This document shows, piece after piece, positions 47,510 through 57,434 of a DNA stretch of 64,000 nucleotides; the stretch's first letter is position 1; every line of letters begins with the position of its first letter. The stretch is from Candidatus Omnitrophota bacterium (lineage in GTDB: Bacteria > Omnitrophota > Gorgyraeia > Gygaellales > Profunditerraquicolaceae). The stretch lies in contig JBAZLM010000003.1 of assembly GCA_041650295.1 (NCBI GenBank), positions 2,933 through 66,932 on the forward strand. Direction: 5' to 3'. The position numbers and the translations under genes were made by a program. A model generated the notes under the pieces. That model saw only the letters and a program-made list of their open reading frames with translations, did not search any database and had not been told where the DNA came from.

Positions 47510-48799
47510 TTATTTCTTTAAAATCTGTTTTAAATCTTTCTCTGGCGTAGTAATTAATTTTAAATCAAATTTCTGTTGCAGAACGCCAAACACATTTTTA
47601 CTGATGAACGCAGGGGCAGTTGGCCCGATATAGATTCCTTTAATATTAAGGTACAACAAACTCAAGAGTATAGCAACTGCTTTCTGCTCAAACCATGACA
47701 AAACTAAGGTTAGCGGCAGGTCATTTACTCCGCAATTGAACACTTTAGAAAGCGCTACAGCCACCTGAATCGCTGAATAGGCGTTATTACACTGTCCAAT
47801 ATCAATTAACCTAGGAATTCCTTCAATTTCACCAAAATCAAGTTTATTAAAGCGATATTTTCCACAAGCCAAAGTAAGAATTACACAATCCTTAGGCACT
47901 CTTTCAGCAAATTCTGTATAATAGTTGCGCCCAGGTTTTGCTCCATCACATCCACCAATTAAAAAGAAATGTTTAATTTTACCCGCTTTAACTAAACCGA
48001 CAATTTTATCCGCCAATCCTAAGATTGCCGTATGATGAAACCCGGTCATAATTTTCTTACCCGGTGCCTCAGGTAAGGCTGGCAAAGACTTGGCTTTTTC
48101 AATCAAAGATTTGAAATCGCGAGATTTTAAATGTGTTGCTCCGGGAATACCTGTAATACCAATCGTAAACAATCTATCTAAATACGTTCCCTCTGGAGGA
48201 ATTAAAACACAATTAGTCGTCGCTAATATTGCACCACTAAAAGTATTAAATTCTTTCTTCTGCTCCTGCCAGGCTCCACCATAATTACCTACTAAATGCT
48301 TAAATTTTTTTAACTCTGGATAACCGTGCGCTGGAATCATCTCTCCATGCGTGTAAATATTTATACCTGTTCCCTCTGTTTGCTTAAGTAATTCATAAAG
48401 ATCTAATAAATCATGCCCAGTAATTAAAATTCCGGGACCTGCTTTAGTCCCAGTCTCTACCGCAGTCGGCACAGGATTACCGAATCTCTGAGTATTAGCT
48501 TTGTCTAACAATTCCATAACTTTATAATTAACTGCGCCGCATTTTAAAGCTAACTCTACATATTGGTTAAGATCAAAACTCACATTAGTGATCATTTTAA
48601 AAAGTGCTTCGTGCATAAAAGCATCCACCTCTTCATCATGCATACCTAACTGACGCGCGTGATAGGCATAAGCAGCGATTCCTTTTAAACCATATAAAAG
48701 TGTATCTTGTAAACTTTGAATATCTTCATTCTTCCCGCAAACTCCCACTTTAGTACAACCGGTACCACACGCTGTTTGTTCACATTGATAGCAAAACAT
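47510..48799 (-). CDS. hcp: Hybrid-cluster protein / hydroxylamine reductase, short class
   Basis: N-terminal CYQCEQTACGTGCTKVGVCGK cysteine cluster. 429 aa. Confidence 0.85.
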   Translation of the reverse strand: MFCYQCEQTACGTGCTKVGVCGKNEDIQSLQDTLLYGLKGIAAYAYHARQLGMHDEEVDAFMHEALFKMITNVSFDLNQYVELALKCGAVNYKVMELLDKANTQRFGNPVPTAVETGTKAGPGILITGHDLLDLYELLKQTEGTGINIYTHGEMIPAHGYPELKKFKHLVGNYGGAWQEQKKEFNTFSGAILATTNCVLIPPEGTYLDRLFTIGITGIPGATHLKSRDFKSLIEKAKSLPALPEAPGKKIMTGFHHTAILGLADKIVGLVKAGKIKHFFLIGGCDGAKPGRNYYTEFAERVPKDCVILTLACGKYRFNKLDFGEIEGIPRLIDIGQCNNAYSAIQVAVALSKVFNCGVNDLPLTLVLSWFEQKAVAILLSLLYLNIKGIYIGPTAPAFISKNVFGVLQQKFDLKLITTPEKDLKQILKK

Positions 48800-48889
48800 T
48801 GAACACCCCTTTCAGTTTAGTGAAATTTGAGCACCCATAAAAATCTGGCGAAATCCTTGCGCTTCATGCAAGGACCCAAGTTCCAGAAT

Positions 48890-49126
48890 TTAAGGTCTCT
48901 TCACCCCTTTTAATTGTTTCCATTTTTCTTCGCCAATACACTCCCTAGCTGCCTTACACCAATCCACGCAAGAGGGCAGCCTCTCTTTACAAATTAAATT
49001 TTTACATTTCGGGCAAGTTACTTTAATTTCATCAGAAAAAATCTCTGCCACATAACCGCACTTTACACAAGTTATGCTTTCTGCTTTGGCTAAACGTTTA
49101 TCCTGACCCGGACATTGATTAAACAT
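48890..49126 (-). CDS. Cys-rich small protein (zinc-ribbon-like), hypothetical
   Basis: 78 aa with CVKCG...CPKC...C...C spacing. Confidence 0.35.
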   Translation of the reverse strand: MFNQCPGQDKRLAKAESITCVKCGYVAEIFSDEIKVTCPKCKNLICKERLPSCVDWCKAARECIGEEKWKQLKGVKRP

Positions 49127-49950
49127 TAAAGTCTTTCTCCTTTGATACTAATAGTCGCTTCTTGAAAAAGTATAATTTTTCCTGAATTATTAATTGCCGC
49201 CTTAATTATTCCCACTAAACCAAAACAACAAGGCACTTCCATATGCGCATAGGTAACAGACTTAATTTCATTATTCGCAAAGATCTCTTCTAACTTTTGT
49301 TGATATAAAACTAAATCGTCCAATTTGGGACAACCTACTACCAACATTTTATCTTTTAATAAATCTTGATGAAAATTTGCATAAGCAAAAGGCACGCAAT
49401 CTGCAGCAATTAAAAGATCTGTATTATTAAAATATGGGGCGTGTGTAGGTACAAGCCGTAATTGCACCGGCCATTGAGATAATTCTGAGCTAATATTTAC
49501 ATTATTTTTACTTTTCACAGCATCTTCTTTTCTAAGATCAACCACTCTTGATCCTGGACAACCCTGCCCCCGAGATTTACAATCCGATATTTCATCTAAA
49601 GAAATACTAATATTATTATCTTTTAAGAAATCCAATGCTTGTTTTAAATAAACAACTTCATTATGCTCCTTGAGATGACGCAAGTGAGCCTTAATTACAT
49701 TAGCTCCTTGCTTTACGATATTAACCATAACTTTTTTCTCGTCATAAGCAACCGCTTCTCTCTCCTCAATGCTAATTGCTCCTTGTGGACAATGTCCCAA
49801 ACAAGCCCCTAACCCATCACAAAACAAATCACTAATTAAACGCGCTTTTTGATCAATAATTTGAATTGCGCCTTCCGGACAATTTGGAATACACAAACTA
49901 CATCCGTTACATTTGTTTTCATCAATAGTAATAATTTTTCTTTTAGACAT
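49126..49950 (-). CDS. 4Fe-4S ferredoxin-domain protein with Cys-rich C-terminal domain
   Basis: Two CxxCxxCxxxCP motifs at the N-terminus. 274 aa. Confidence 0.6.
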   Translation of the reverse strand: MSKRKIITIDENKCNGCSLCIPNCPEGAIQIIDQKARLISDLFCDGLGACLGHCPQGAISIEEREAVAYDEKKVMVNIVKQGANVIKAHLRHLKEHNEVVYLKQALDFLKDNNISISLDEISDCKSRGQGCPGSRVVDLRKEDAVKSKNNVNISSELSQWPVQLRLVPTHAPYFNNTDLLIAADCVPFAYANFHQDLLKDKMLVVGCPKLDDLVLYQQKLEEIFANNEIKSVTYAHMEVPCCFGLVGIIKAAINNSGKIILFQEATISIKGERL

Positions 49951-49957
49951 ATTTTCC

Positions 49958-50362
49958 TTAAATTAATGCAGCAATATTAATTTTTTTAAGCTGTTCCAAC
50001 ACACTATTCTCAATCATTTGGATTTTTTTTCTTAAAACACACTTTCCTCTATTCGGACAGATATTCTTCTTTAAAAAACACTCGCTTAACCCAACTTCTT
50101 TTTGAAAAATTTCCATTACTTGAATTACATTAATATTTCTAGGTAAAATTATTAACTTAAACCCTCCACCTTGTCCTTTGTAAGACTCTAAAATTTTTTC
50201 TTTATTTAATCGCTGAAGAATTTTTCGCATAAACGGACGCGGTACCCCTAACTTCTTGACTAATTCATCTACCGAGACTAAATCTTTTTGCTTAGAGATA
50301 TAACAAATTGCTCTTAGCGCGTAATCAGTTTTTCTAGTAATAAGTTTCATTATCAACTCCAA
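49958..50362 (-). CDS. Rrf2-family transcriptional regulator (NsrR/IscR-like, 3 Cys)
   Basis: N-terminal wHTH KTDYALRAICYIS plus C-terminal CFLKKNICPNRGKC. Confidence 0.75.
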   Translation of the reverse strand: MELIMKLITRKTDYALRAICYISKQKDLVSVDELVKKLGVPRPFMRKILQRLNKEKILESYKGQGGGFKLIILPRNINVIQVMEIFQKEVGLSECFLKKNICPNRGKCVLRKKIQMIENSVLEQLKKINIAALI

Positions 50363-50539
50363 TAATTATAAAGACAATAGGTAGTTTATCGTCATGCCTA
50401 GGACAACCTACTACAGCCTTCTTTACAATGTGCTACCGGGCGAAGCATGTATTTAATAGTTACTGACATATTCTATCACCTCCTTCACAATGCTAAGGAT
50501 ACCACAATAGTATCATTTGTCAAGAAATAAAAACATTTT

Positions 50540-51808
50540 TTATCTCCAGATAAACCAAACAAATAAATAAGCTGCGGTTACGGCAACTAGAGTAAAAGGA
50601 ATTCCGATCTTCATGAAATGCGTAAACTTAACCGGGTACCCTTCTTTTTTGAGTAAGCCACAAGCCACAATATTAGCTGAAGCACCAATCGGAGTAATAT
50701 TTCCCCCTAAACTAGCGCCGATCAATAAACCAAACAAAAATAGCGAAGGATTAATCTGTAGCTTCTCTGACATAATCATCGCCACCGGTAACATTGCCAC
50801 TAAAAATGGAACATTGTCAATAAATGCAGAGAGAATTACTGCAATAAATACTATCGCGGTATAGCCTATGAAAATATTTGTCCCCACCAAACCCGATAAA
50901 TAATTTGCTAGAACTTGAATCCATCCGGTAAGCGAGATTCCTCCCACAATAATAAAAATACCGATTAGAAAAAAAGTCGTATCCCAATCTAAGCCTTTAA
51001 AACCGGCAATAATCGAAGTTTTATTAACAAACTTTTCCCAAATCAAAGCTAGAATACCAAAACCCATACAAAGCTGACCGGCTAAAGATGAAAAACTAGA
51101 ATCAAAGAATGAAGAAAGTGCTAATAAAATAATTAAACTTACCAATAAAACTGTAGGTACCCAGCTTTTTACTTTTTCTGCTGGGATAAGTTGAGCTTTA
51201 GTTTTATGCTTCCTAAAGATAAAATAGAGTACAAAAAATGAAACAAAAGCTCCTAGCTCTACCGCAAAAAATATACTCGGTTTACCCTGATAAAAGAAAA
51301 AATCTCCAAAATTCATTTTAGTAAAACCACCCAAAAGCATACTAGGGGGATCCCCGATTAATGTCGCAGCCCCTTGCAAATTACTAGAGATGGCAATGGC
51401 AATCATCATGTTCGTAGGATTAACTTTTAGCTTCCTAGCCAAAGCTAAGGCAATCGGAGCCACAATTAACACCGTCGCAACATTCTCCACAAAAGCAGAG
51501 ATAAAACCACTAAGCACACAAATAAATAAAATTGCCCAGGCCGTACTTTTAGCTTTATCTACCACAATTTCGGCAAAATAAGCCGGAACCCTACTTTGCA
51601 TAAAAATATCCGCTAAGATCAATGTACCCACAAAAATCCCCATAACATTCCAGTTGATCGCTAGAAACGCATCTTTAAGGGATATGGCGCCGGTTAAAAC
51701 TAATAAAAAACTCCCTCCCAACGCCACCAGAGTTCGCTTTTGCGGCAAGCAAACAAACAATAGGTAGGAAGTTACAAAAACAATTAAAGCAATAATTTTT
51801 GGAGTCAT
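50540..51808 (-). CDS. ArsB/NhaD-superfamily anion permease
   Basis: 422-aa polytopic protein with the CitMHS/ArsB-like duplicated topology. Confidence 0.55.
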   Translation of the reverse strand: MTPKIIALIVFVTSYLLFVCLPQKRTLVALGGSFLLVLTGAISLKDAFLAINWNVMGIFVGTLILADIFMQSRVPAYFAEIVVDKAKSTAWAILFICVLSGFISAFVENVATVLIVAPIALALARKLKVNPTNMMIAIAISSNLQGAATLIGDPPSMLLGGFTKMNFGDFFFYQGKPSIFFAVELGAFVSFFVLYFIFRKHKTKAQLIPAEKVKSWVPTVLLVSLIILLALSSFFDSSFSSLAGQLCMGFGILALIWEKFVNKTSIIAGFKGLDWDTTFFLIGIFIIVGGISLTGWIQVLANYLSGLVGTNIFIGYTAIVFIAVILSAFIDNVPFLVAMLPVAMIMSEKLQINPSLFLFGLLIGASLGGNITPIGASANIVACGLLKKEGYPVKFTHFMKIGIPFTLVAVTAAYLFVWFIWR

Positions 51809-51868
51809 GTTTTAAATATTAACATAAATAATTAAACCAAGCAAAGCATTTAGGAAGCCCGTTTCTTT

Positions 51869-52252
51869 TTAACTTAAACTTACAAAAATAATACCTAAAA
51901 CAATTAATCCTGTACCTAACCAACGAAAAGAAGTAAATTTCTCTTTTAAAATCAATCTTGAAGCCACAGCAATAAATATATAGTGCATACTATCAGCAGA
52001 AAAAGCAAAATTAAGATCTGCCCTGGAAAGCACTATTAACCAAACACATAAAGAAATTAAGCTAAAACCAAACCCTACCCAAAGCCAAGGGTTGCTAATT
52101 AATTTAAAAATAAATTTAAATATTCTTATAATATTAAAGGGTGGCTTAAATTTCAGAAAGTCAATCGCTGACTTTAAAAATAATTGACTTATCGTATCGC
52201 ACAAACTAGTTAAAGCAATCAAAGAAAGGATCAACAATAAGCCTTGTTTCAT
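51869..52252 (-). CDS. Small 4-TM DMT-superfamily permease (ArnE/ArnF-like pair member)
   Basis: 127 aa, 4 TM. Stop/start overlaps the next gene. Confidence 0.45.
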   Translation of the reverse strand: MKQGLLLILSLIALTSLCDTISQLFLKSAIDFLKFKPPFNIIRIFKFIFKLISNPWLWVGFGFSLISLCVWLIVLSRADLNFAFSADSMHYIFIAVASRLILKEKFTSFRWLGTGLIVLGIIFVSLS

Positions 52253-52665
52253 TTAGCCTGCTCCAATCTTTCCTTACTGCTTAAAGAAACAAATATAACT
52301 CCAATCAAAACCAAAAACACCCCTAACCACCTTAAGACAGTGATCTGTTCATGCAGAAAAATAATCGATACTAAAGGAATTAAAATATAACTAAAACTAG
52401 CAATGGGCACCGCAACACTTAAATCTATTTTTGTAAGCACCATGGACCAAATAATAAATACCGCCACCACAAAAAATAGACCTAACCACAAATAAGGCGA
52501 GCCAAACGTTGCTTTAAGAAAATCTAAAGCACTAGCGATATCAACTATCGCTTTGCTACTTTGCGCTAAAGCACTTTTCTTAAAAAAGAAATGAATTGCT
52601 GTCTCAAAAATATCACAAATAATCAAAAGAAATAGTATTTTAAATGTAACTTTGTTCTTAAGCAT
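52249..52665 (-). CDS. Small 4-TM DMT-superfamily permease (ArnE/ArnF-like pair member)
   Basis: 138 aa, 4 TM. Confidence 0.45.
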   Translation of the reverse strand: MLKNKVTFKILFLLIICDIFETAIHFFFKKSALAQSSKAIVDIASALDFLKATFGSPYLWLGLFFVVAVFIIWSMVLTKIDLSVAVPIASFSYILIPLVSIIFLHEQITVLRWLGVFLVLIGVIFVSLSSKERLEQAK

Positions 52666-52673
52666 ATAATTCT

Positions 52674-53795
52674 TTACCTTTTTCTTTTTTTAATAGAAAG
52701 ATCTGGTTTAAAAAACGGAATAAGCAATTTAAGAAAGAAATTAAATATTAAATCTTTATGCTTTAAATAAGCATAAAGTAAAATAAATTCTCCTCCGAAT
52801 AAAAGCTTTGTTCTATAATTAGTCTGTCCAGAGTAATAATGGTCTATGGAGTTGTCTATACACCACTTAATATTATACGCCTGACAAACAAAATATAGGT
52901 TAAATTGTTTAGATATCTGGTAATCGAAGCCAACAAATTTATCAATAAATAAATTGTTATAAATATAACAAAGATTAAAACCGGCCAATCTACCATCTAC
53001 ATAATAAAGGAAAAAACGAGCATGGCAATTTAAATCCTGACTTACCTGTAAAAAAAAATTTTTAGTCAGATGCTCAAATTTAATTGCACCTTTATAATAA
53101 GTATTTTCATAAAGTTCGTATATTTGATTAATTTCTCCTTCTATATCTTGAACAACTTTAACCTCAATCTTGCCTCGGCTATAAGCCTGTCTTAATTTTC
53201 TTTTCAAATACTTGCGATCAAAACTTGCCAAGCTTTCAAGATAGCCTTCAAAAGAAGTAAAATTAAGTTTTAAATCCACAATAGGGAAACTTACTACTTT
53301 TGAATATCCTTTTTGGATTAAAAGATCTAAAAACAACGTATCCTGCCTTAAGAAGTCTTTAAAAACTACCAACGGTGCATTAAGATTACTTCTACAGGCT
53401 TCTATCCCTTTTAATAATAAAGAAATAATATCAGGATTATTCTTAAAACCCTGTTTAATCCCTAAAATTGCGTGTTCTCCAAAAGGGGAACCGCAAAAAA
53501 TTGTTTTAATAATTAAAAAACGTGGGAAAATCAAGCGAATAAACTTAATAAATTTAGCAAGATATCCTTCTACGGCAATAGCCAAATTAAAATCAGCAGT
53601 AAATAACGGAGCAATAAGCATAATTTCATGACCAGATTCAATAACCAGATAATGAAACTTAAACTCAGGAAATTCTGAATTCTCTAAGGCCCTAAAGAAA
53701 AAATAGCTCTCGGGGATCTTTCCAAAGACAGCATCCCAGGGTTTTTGCCCTATCTTGTCTATACTATCCAATATTTTATAATTATTATTTTGCAT
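52674..53795 (-). CDS. FemAB-like / GNAT-fold acyltransferase-like protein (putative)
   Basis: 373 aa. Weak resemblance to COG3146/FemAB-like proteins. Confidence 0.3.
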   Translation of the reverse strand: MQNNNYKILDSIDKIGQKPWDAVFGKIPESYFFFRALENSEFPEFKFHYLVIESGHEIMLIAPLFTADFNLAIAVEGYLAKFIKFIRLIFPRFLIIKTIFCGSPFGEHAILGIKQGFKNNPDIISLLLKGIEACRSNLNAPLVVFKDFLRQDTLFLDLLIQKGYSKVVSFPIVDLKLNFTSFEGYLESLASFDRKYLKRKLRQAYSRGKIEVKVVQDIEGEINQIYELYENTYYKGAIKFEHLTKNFFLQVSQDLNCHARFFLYYVDGRLAGFNLCYIYNNLFIDKFVGFDYQISKQFNLYFVCQAYNIKWCIDNSIDHYYSGQTNYRTKLLFGGEFILLYAYLKHKDLIFNFFLKLLIPFFKPDLSIKKRKR

Positions 53796-53866
53796 AAAGA
53801 GTTGTCTTGTTTTTTTATTATTTTAGCATAAAATGAATAAATAGATAATAGAAAAGGAATTATAAC

Positions 53867-55090
53867 TTGAGTCTCATACGAGAAATCCCCCCAACAGCCG
53901 GTTGGCCACTGACAATCAAAAGCCTAGCCACTTCTCTCTTTAAAAAATACCCCCCAGGGTTATTAGAAGATGACTTTAGAAGATATCTTAACGCACCGCA
54001 GGCAAAACTTACTTATTCAGGTGCATCGGCTTTTTATATAATTCTAGAAAGCATTAAAAAACTTTCAGATAAAAAAACCATACTTATCCCTGCTTTTATC
54101 TGCCCATTAATTCCTCTGGCAATAAAAAAAGCTAATCTAAAAATAAAAGTTTGCGATACTAATACACACAATTTTGATTTTGATAAAAATAAACTTGAAG
54201 ATATTTTTGCCTCCGATAATGATATTCTTGCCGTATTAGCCGTACATTTAGGCGGATTAACAATAGATTTTTCTACATTACAAACAATCGCGCAAAAATA
54301 CAATGCTTTTATTATTGAAGACTGTGCGCAAAGCTTAGGGAGCCAATACTATGGTAAAAAAACAGGTACTTTGGGTGAATTTTCTTTTTTTAGTCTCAGC
54401 CGAGGAAAAGGCTTAACTATTTACGAAGGCGGAATCGCCATAACTAATTTATCCCAGTATGCTGACCTCTTAAATAACACTGCCAAAGAAATAATGCATT
54501 CAAATTTCTTATCTGAATCTTTAAAAATTGTTGAACTTTTTGCCTACTGCTTATTTTACCAACCGAACTTATTTTGGTTTGCATTTCGATTACCACAGAT
54601 ATTCTGGCATTTGCGTAATAATCCAATAAGAGCAATGGGCGAATATTTTAACCCTGATTTACCGGTACATAAGATTTCTGCTTTTCGAGAATATATCGGG
54701 CATATTAACTTTCCTTATTTGGAAGAAAAAATTACAGATCAACGAAGAAAGGTTGATATCTATTTAGAAGGATTAAAAGATATCCCCGGAATCCGCCCTC
54801 TCGTTGAACTAAAACAAACTCGGGCTAGTTATCCCTATCTTGCCCTTATTTTTGATGACTCCAAAAAAAGAGACTTTGCTTTAAAATTATTCAAAGATTC
54901 TGGCTTAGGAGTTTCCCAAATATATCTGCATGCAATTACAGATTACCCATATTTAAAAAATCTTGTTCCAAATACAAATTGCACTGCCGCCCAAACTTTA
55001 GCAAATAAAACTATAACTCTAAGCACCAGCATATTCTTAGAAGAAATCGACTTTATAAAAATTATTAAAATTTTAAAAGAAAATTTATGA
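53867..55090 (+). CDS. DegT/DnrJ/EryC1/StrS-family PLP-dependent sugar aminotransferase (ArnB-like)
   Basis: IPAFICPL, AVHLGG, IIEDCAQSLGS, FSFFSLSRGKGL (PLP-Lys region). Confidence 0.75.
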   Translation: MSLIREIPPTAGWPLTIKSLATSLFKKYPPGLLEDDFRRYLNAPQAKLTYSGASAFYIILESIKKLSDKKTILIPAFICPLIPLAIKKANLKIKVCDTNTHNFDFDKNKLEDIFASDNDILAVLAVHLGGLTIDFSTLQTIAQKYNAFIIEDCAQSLGSQYYGKKTGTLGEFSFFSLSRGKGLTIYEGGIAITNLSQYADLLNNTAKEIMHSNFLSESLKIVELFAYCLFYQPNLFWFAFRLPQIFWHLRNNPIRAMGEYFNPDLPVHKISAFREYIGHINFPYLEEKITDQRRKVDIYLEGLKDIPGIRPLVELKQTRASYPYLALIFDDSKKRDFALKLFKDSGLGVSQIYLHAITDYPYLKNLVPNTNCTAAQTLANKTITLSTSIFLEEIDFIKIIKILKENL

Positions 55091-55950
55091 TAATTTTTTC
55101 CACTAAAGAAGACCGACGACTAATTACTGAAATACCCGACACAAGCTCTTTTTCGCCTGGTGATCGAAACCTTTGTTTTCTGATTCATGGACTTACCGGC
55201 ACCGCCAAAGAGATGGGTTCAATTGCTAAAAATTTAAATAAAAACGGTTTTTCTGTCGCTTGCCCCTTAATGGCTAACCACAATAAATCTATCTCTTGCC
55301 TTAAGCGCACAAGTTGGCAAGAACTATATAATTCTGTACGCCAAGAATTTATTAAATATGCCCATGATTATGAGAATATTTTTGTGGCCGGCTTATCTTT
55401 TGGTGCTTTAATTGGAATTATGCTGGCTTACGAATTCCCAAAAAAAGTTAAAGCCTTAAATTGCTTCTCTCCCACTCTCTTCTTTGACGGTTGGGCCAAT
55501 CCTAAATTAAGATTTCTTTTACCACTAGTTTATAAAACACCGCTAAAATATTGTTTTTATCTTAAAGAAGGGCATCCTTATGGGATTAAAAATGAGAGGC
55601 TGCGTTCAAGAATTGAAAACTTCTATACAAAATCAGAATTATTTGATTACAGCAAAGTACATCTCTACGGATACCCCGTAATTCCGGTATCTAGCATGGA
55701 ACAGAATCATTTACTGGCAAAACAAGTAATGAAAATACTTCCCCTCGTAACTACTCCGATACAGCTGCTGGGTGCCAAAGACGACGACGTCACTAGCCCC
55801 AAAAACTCTTATTATATCTATAACCATATTGGTTCAAAAGATAAAGAGGTAATATTATTCGAAAATTCCTACCACATTATTATTGCAGATCAAGAAAGGG
55901 ATAAAGTTGCGGAAAAAACTTTATCTTTTTTTCAAAAATACAAAACTTAA
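55087..55950 (+). CDS. Alpha/beta-hydrolase fold esterase/lipase
   Basis: GLSFG nucleophile elbow. 287 aa. Confidence 0.55.
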   Translation: MIIFSTKEDRRLITEIPDTSSFSPGDRNLCFLIHGLTGTAKEMGSIAKNLNKNGFSVACPLMANHNKSISCLKRTSWQELYNSVRQEFIKYAHDYENIFVAGLSFGALIGIMLAYEFPKKVKALNCFSPTLFFDGWANPKLRFLLPLVYKTPLKYCFYLKEGHPYGIKNERLRSRIENFYTKSELFDYSKVHLYGYPVIPVSSMEQNHLLAKQVMKILPLVTTPIQLLGAKDDDVTSPKNSYYIYNHIGSKDKEVILFENSYHIIIADQERDKVAEKTLSFFQKYKT

Positions 55951-57434
55951 GATTTTTTTAAGGCTCTAATTAACGCTTCTTCGAAAAGTTCAACCCCTAA
56001 ATCAATCTCTTCTTCCGTAATATAAAAAGAAGGTGCAATGGTAAAGACGTTTTTATAATAACCACCAACGTCTAAAATTAAACCTCGGCGTTTTCCTTTT
56101 ACATCTAAAGAACCGCTTAAACCTAAATTAACAATCTTATCGGTGAGCTCTTTATTAGGCGTATAGCCGTCTTTTTCGCAGATCTCCATACGCAAAGCCA
56201 AACCAATTCCATCAACATCACCGATCTGAGGATATTTTTTCTGTAATTTCTTAAGTTGATCAATAAAATAACGACCTTTTTTAGGGATCGATAATGCAAA
56301 ATCAGACTCTTCAATTAATTTCATCACCGCCAACCCCGCAGTTGTCCCCAAGGTATTAGAGGAAAATGTCGCATGAGTAGAACCCGGAGGAAAAACATCC
56401 GGATTAATTAATTTCTCTTTAGCCCAGATTCCGCTAATCGGATTTAACCCATTAGTTAGTGCTTTACCAAAAACAATGATATCCGGGGTAATATTAAAAT
56501 GCTCAATCGCCCAGAACTTTCCCGTGCGGAAAAATCCCATTTGGATCTCATCGTCCACAAAAAGAATTCCGTAGCGATCTAAAATTTCTTTTAGTTTAGA
56601 ATAATACTCTTGCGGTGGAACAATATAACCACCAGTACCTTGAATCGCTTCAGCATAAAAAGCGGCAAACTCACATTTATTATTCTTCTTATTCACCACT
56701 GAATAATATTCAGTCTCAAAAAGTCTTTCAAACTGTTTTAAACAATATAAATCACAAAAATCTCTTTTCTTATCATATGGACATCTAAAACAATACGGAT
56801 ATGGAATAAACATTGCCCGGTCTCCAAAATGACCGAAACGTTCCCTATATCTAAAACTCGAGGTAATCGCCGAAGCCGCTAATGTCCTCCCGTGATAACC
56901 ACCCATAAAAGCAAAAACCAAACTTCTACCAGTATTATTACGCACTAACTTTAATGAATCCTCTAAAGCACTGGAACCTCCGACATTAAAATGAATTCTC
57001 CCTTTCTCTTCAAAAGTCCGCTGATTTTTCTGAGCTAATTTTGTTGCTAACTCAATTTTTTCAGTATGCAAATACTGGCAAGCTAGTTGTGGTAAGGTAT
57101 CGATTTGCTTTTTTAATGCTTCATTGAGTTGAGGATTACCATAACCAAAGTTCACCGCTGAATACCACATCTGCAAATCTAAAAATTCTGTCCCTTGATC
57201 ATCATAAAGATAGCTACCATGAGAGCGCTTAAATATATTTAACTTTTCCGCATAATGCACGGTATCTCCCCAAGAGCAATATTTTGCTTCCAGATCAAGC
57301 AACTCATTATGCGTAATATTCTTTTTAATTTTAGCACTTCTCTTAATCATCGCTTTTGAATTCACCCCGTTAGAAACAGGTTGCCAGAGGCAACCGTGGG
57401 GCTTCTCTTTTATCTTATTTCTAACGGGGTTCAT
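55947..57434 (-). CDS. Class-III PLP-dependent aminotransferase. The N-terminal 26 codons are encoded by a family-2 repeat element (true start may be the internal GTG or ATG)
   Basis: DDEIQMGFFRTGKFWA and FGKALTNG (PLP-Lys) motifs. The track ORF begins at the element's ATG: MNPVRNKIKEKPHGCLWQPVSNGVNS. Confidence 0.7.
   Translation of the reverse strand: MNPVRNKIKEKPHGCLWQPVSNGVNSKAMIKRSAKIKKNITHNELLDLEAKYCSWGDTVHYAEKLNIFKRSHGSYLYDDQGTEFLDLQMWYSAVNFGYGNPQLNEALKKQIDTLPQLACQYLHTEKIELATKLAQKNQRTFEEKGRIHFNVGGSSALEDSLKLVRNNTGRSLVFAFMGGYHGRTLAASAITSSFRYRERFGHFGDRAMFIPYPYCFRCPYDKKRDFCDLYCLKQFERLFETEYYSVVNKKNNKCEFAAFYAEAIQGTGGYIVPPQEYYSKLKEILDRYGILFVDDEIQMGFFRTGKFWAIEHFNITPDIIVFGKALTNGLNPISGIWAKEKLINPDVFPPGSTHATFSSNTLGTTAGLAVMKLIEESDFALSIPKKGRYFIDQLKKLQKKYPQIGDVDGIGLALRMEICEKDGYTPNKELTDKIVNLGLSGSLDVKGKRRGLILDVGGYYKNVFTIAPSFYITEEEIDLGVELFEEALIRALKKS
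57363..57434 (-). repeat. Family-2 palindromic element (copy b), 72 nt, in-frame with the aminotransferase
   Basis: ATGAACCCCGTTAGAAATAAG...GGTTGCCTCTGGCAACCTGTTTCTAACGGGGTGAAT. The ATG overlaps the upstream HAD-gene TGA (ATGA). Confidence 0.6.

Noticed and set aside
4751-57434. Recurring CCCCGCACC / GGTGCGGGG repeats as a CRISPR array
   Set aside because: Copies are inverted pairs, not direct repeats. They are kilobases apart, always at gene boundaries, with no regular spacers and no cas genes.
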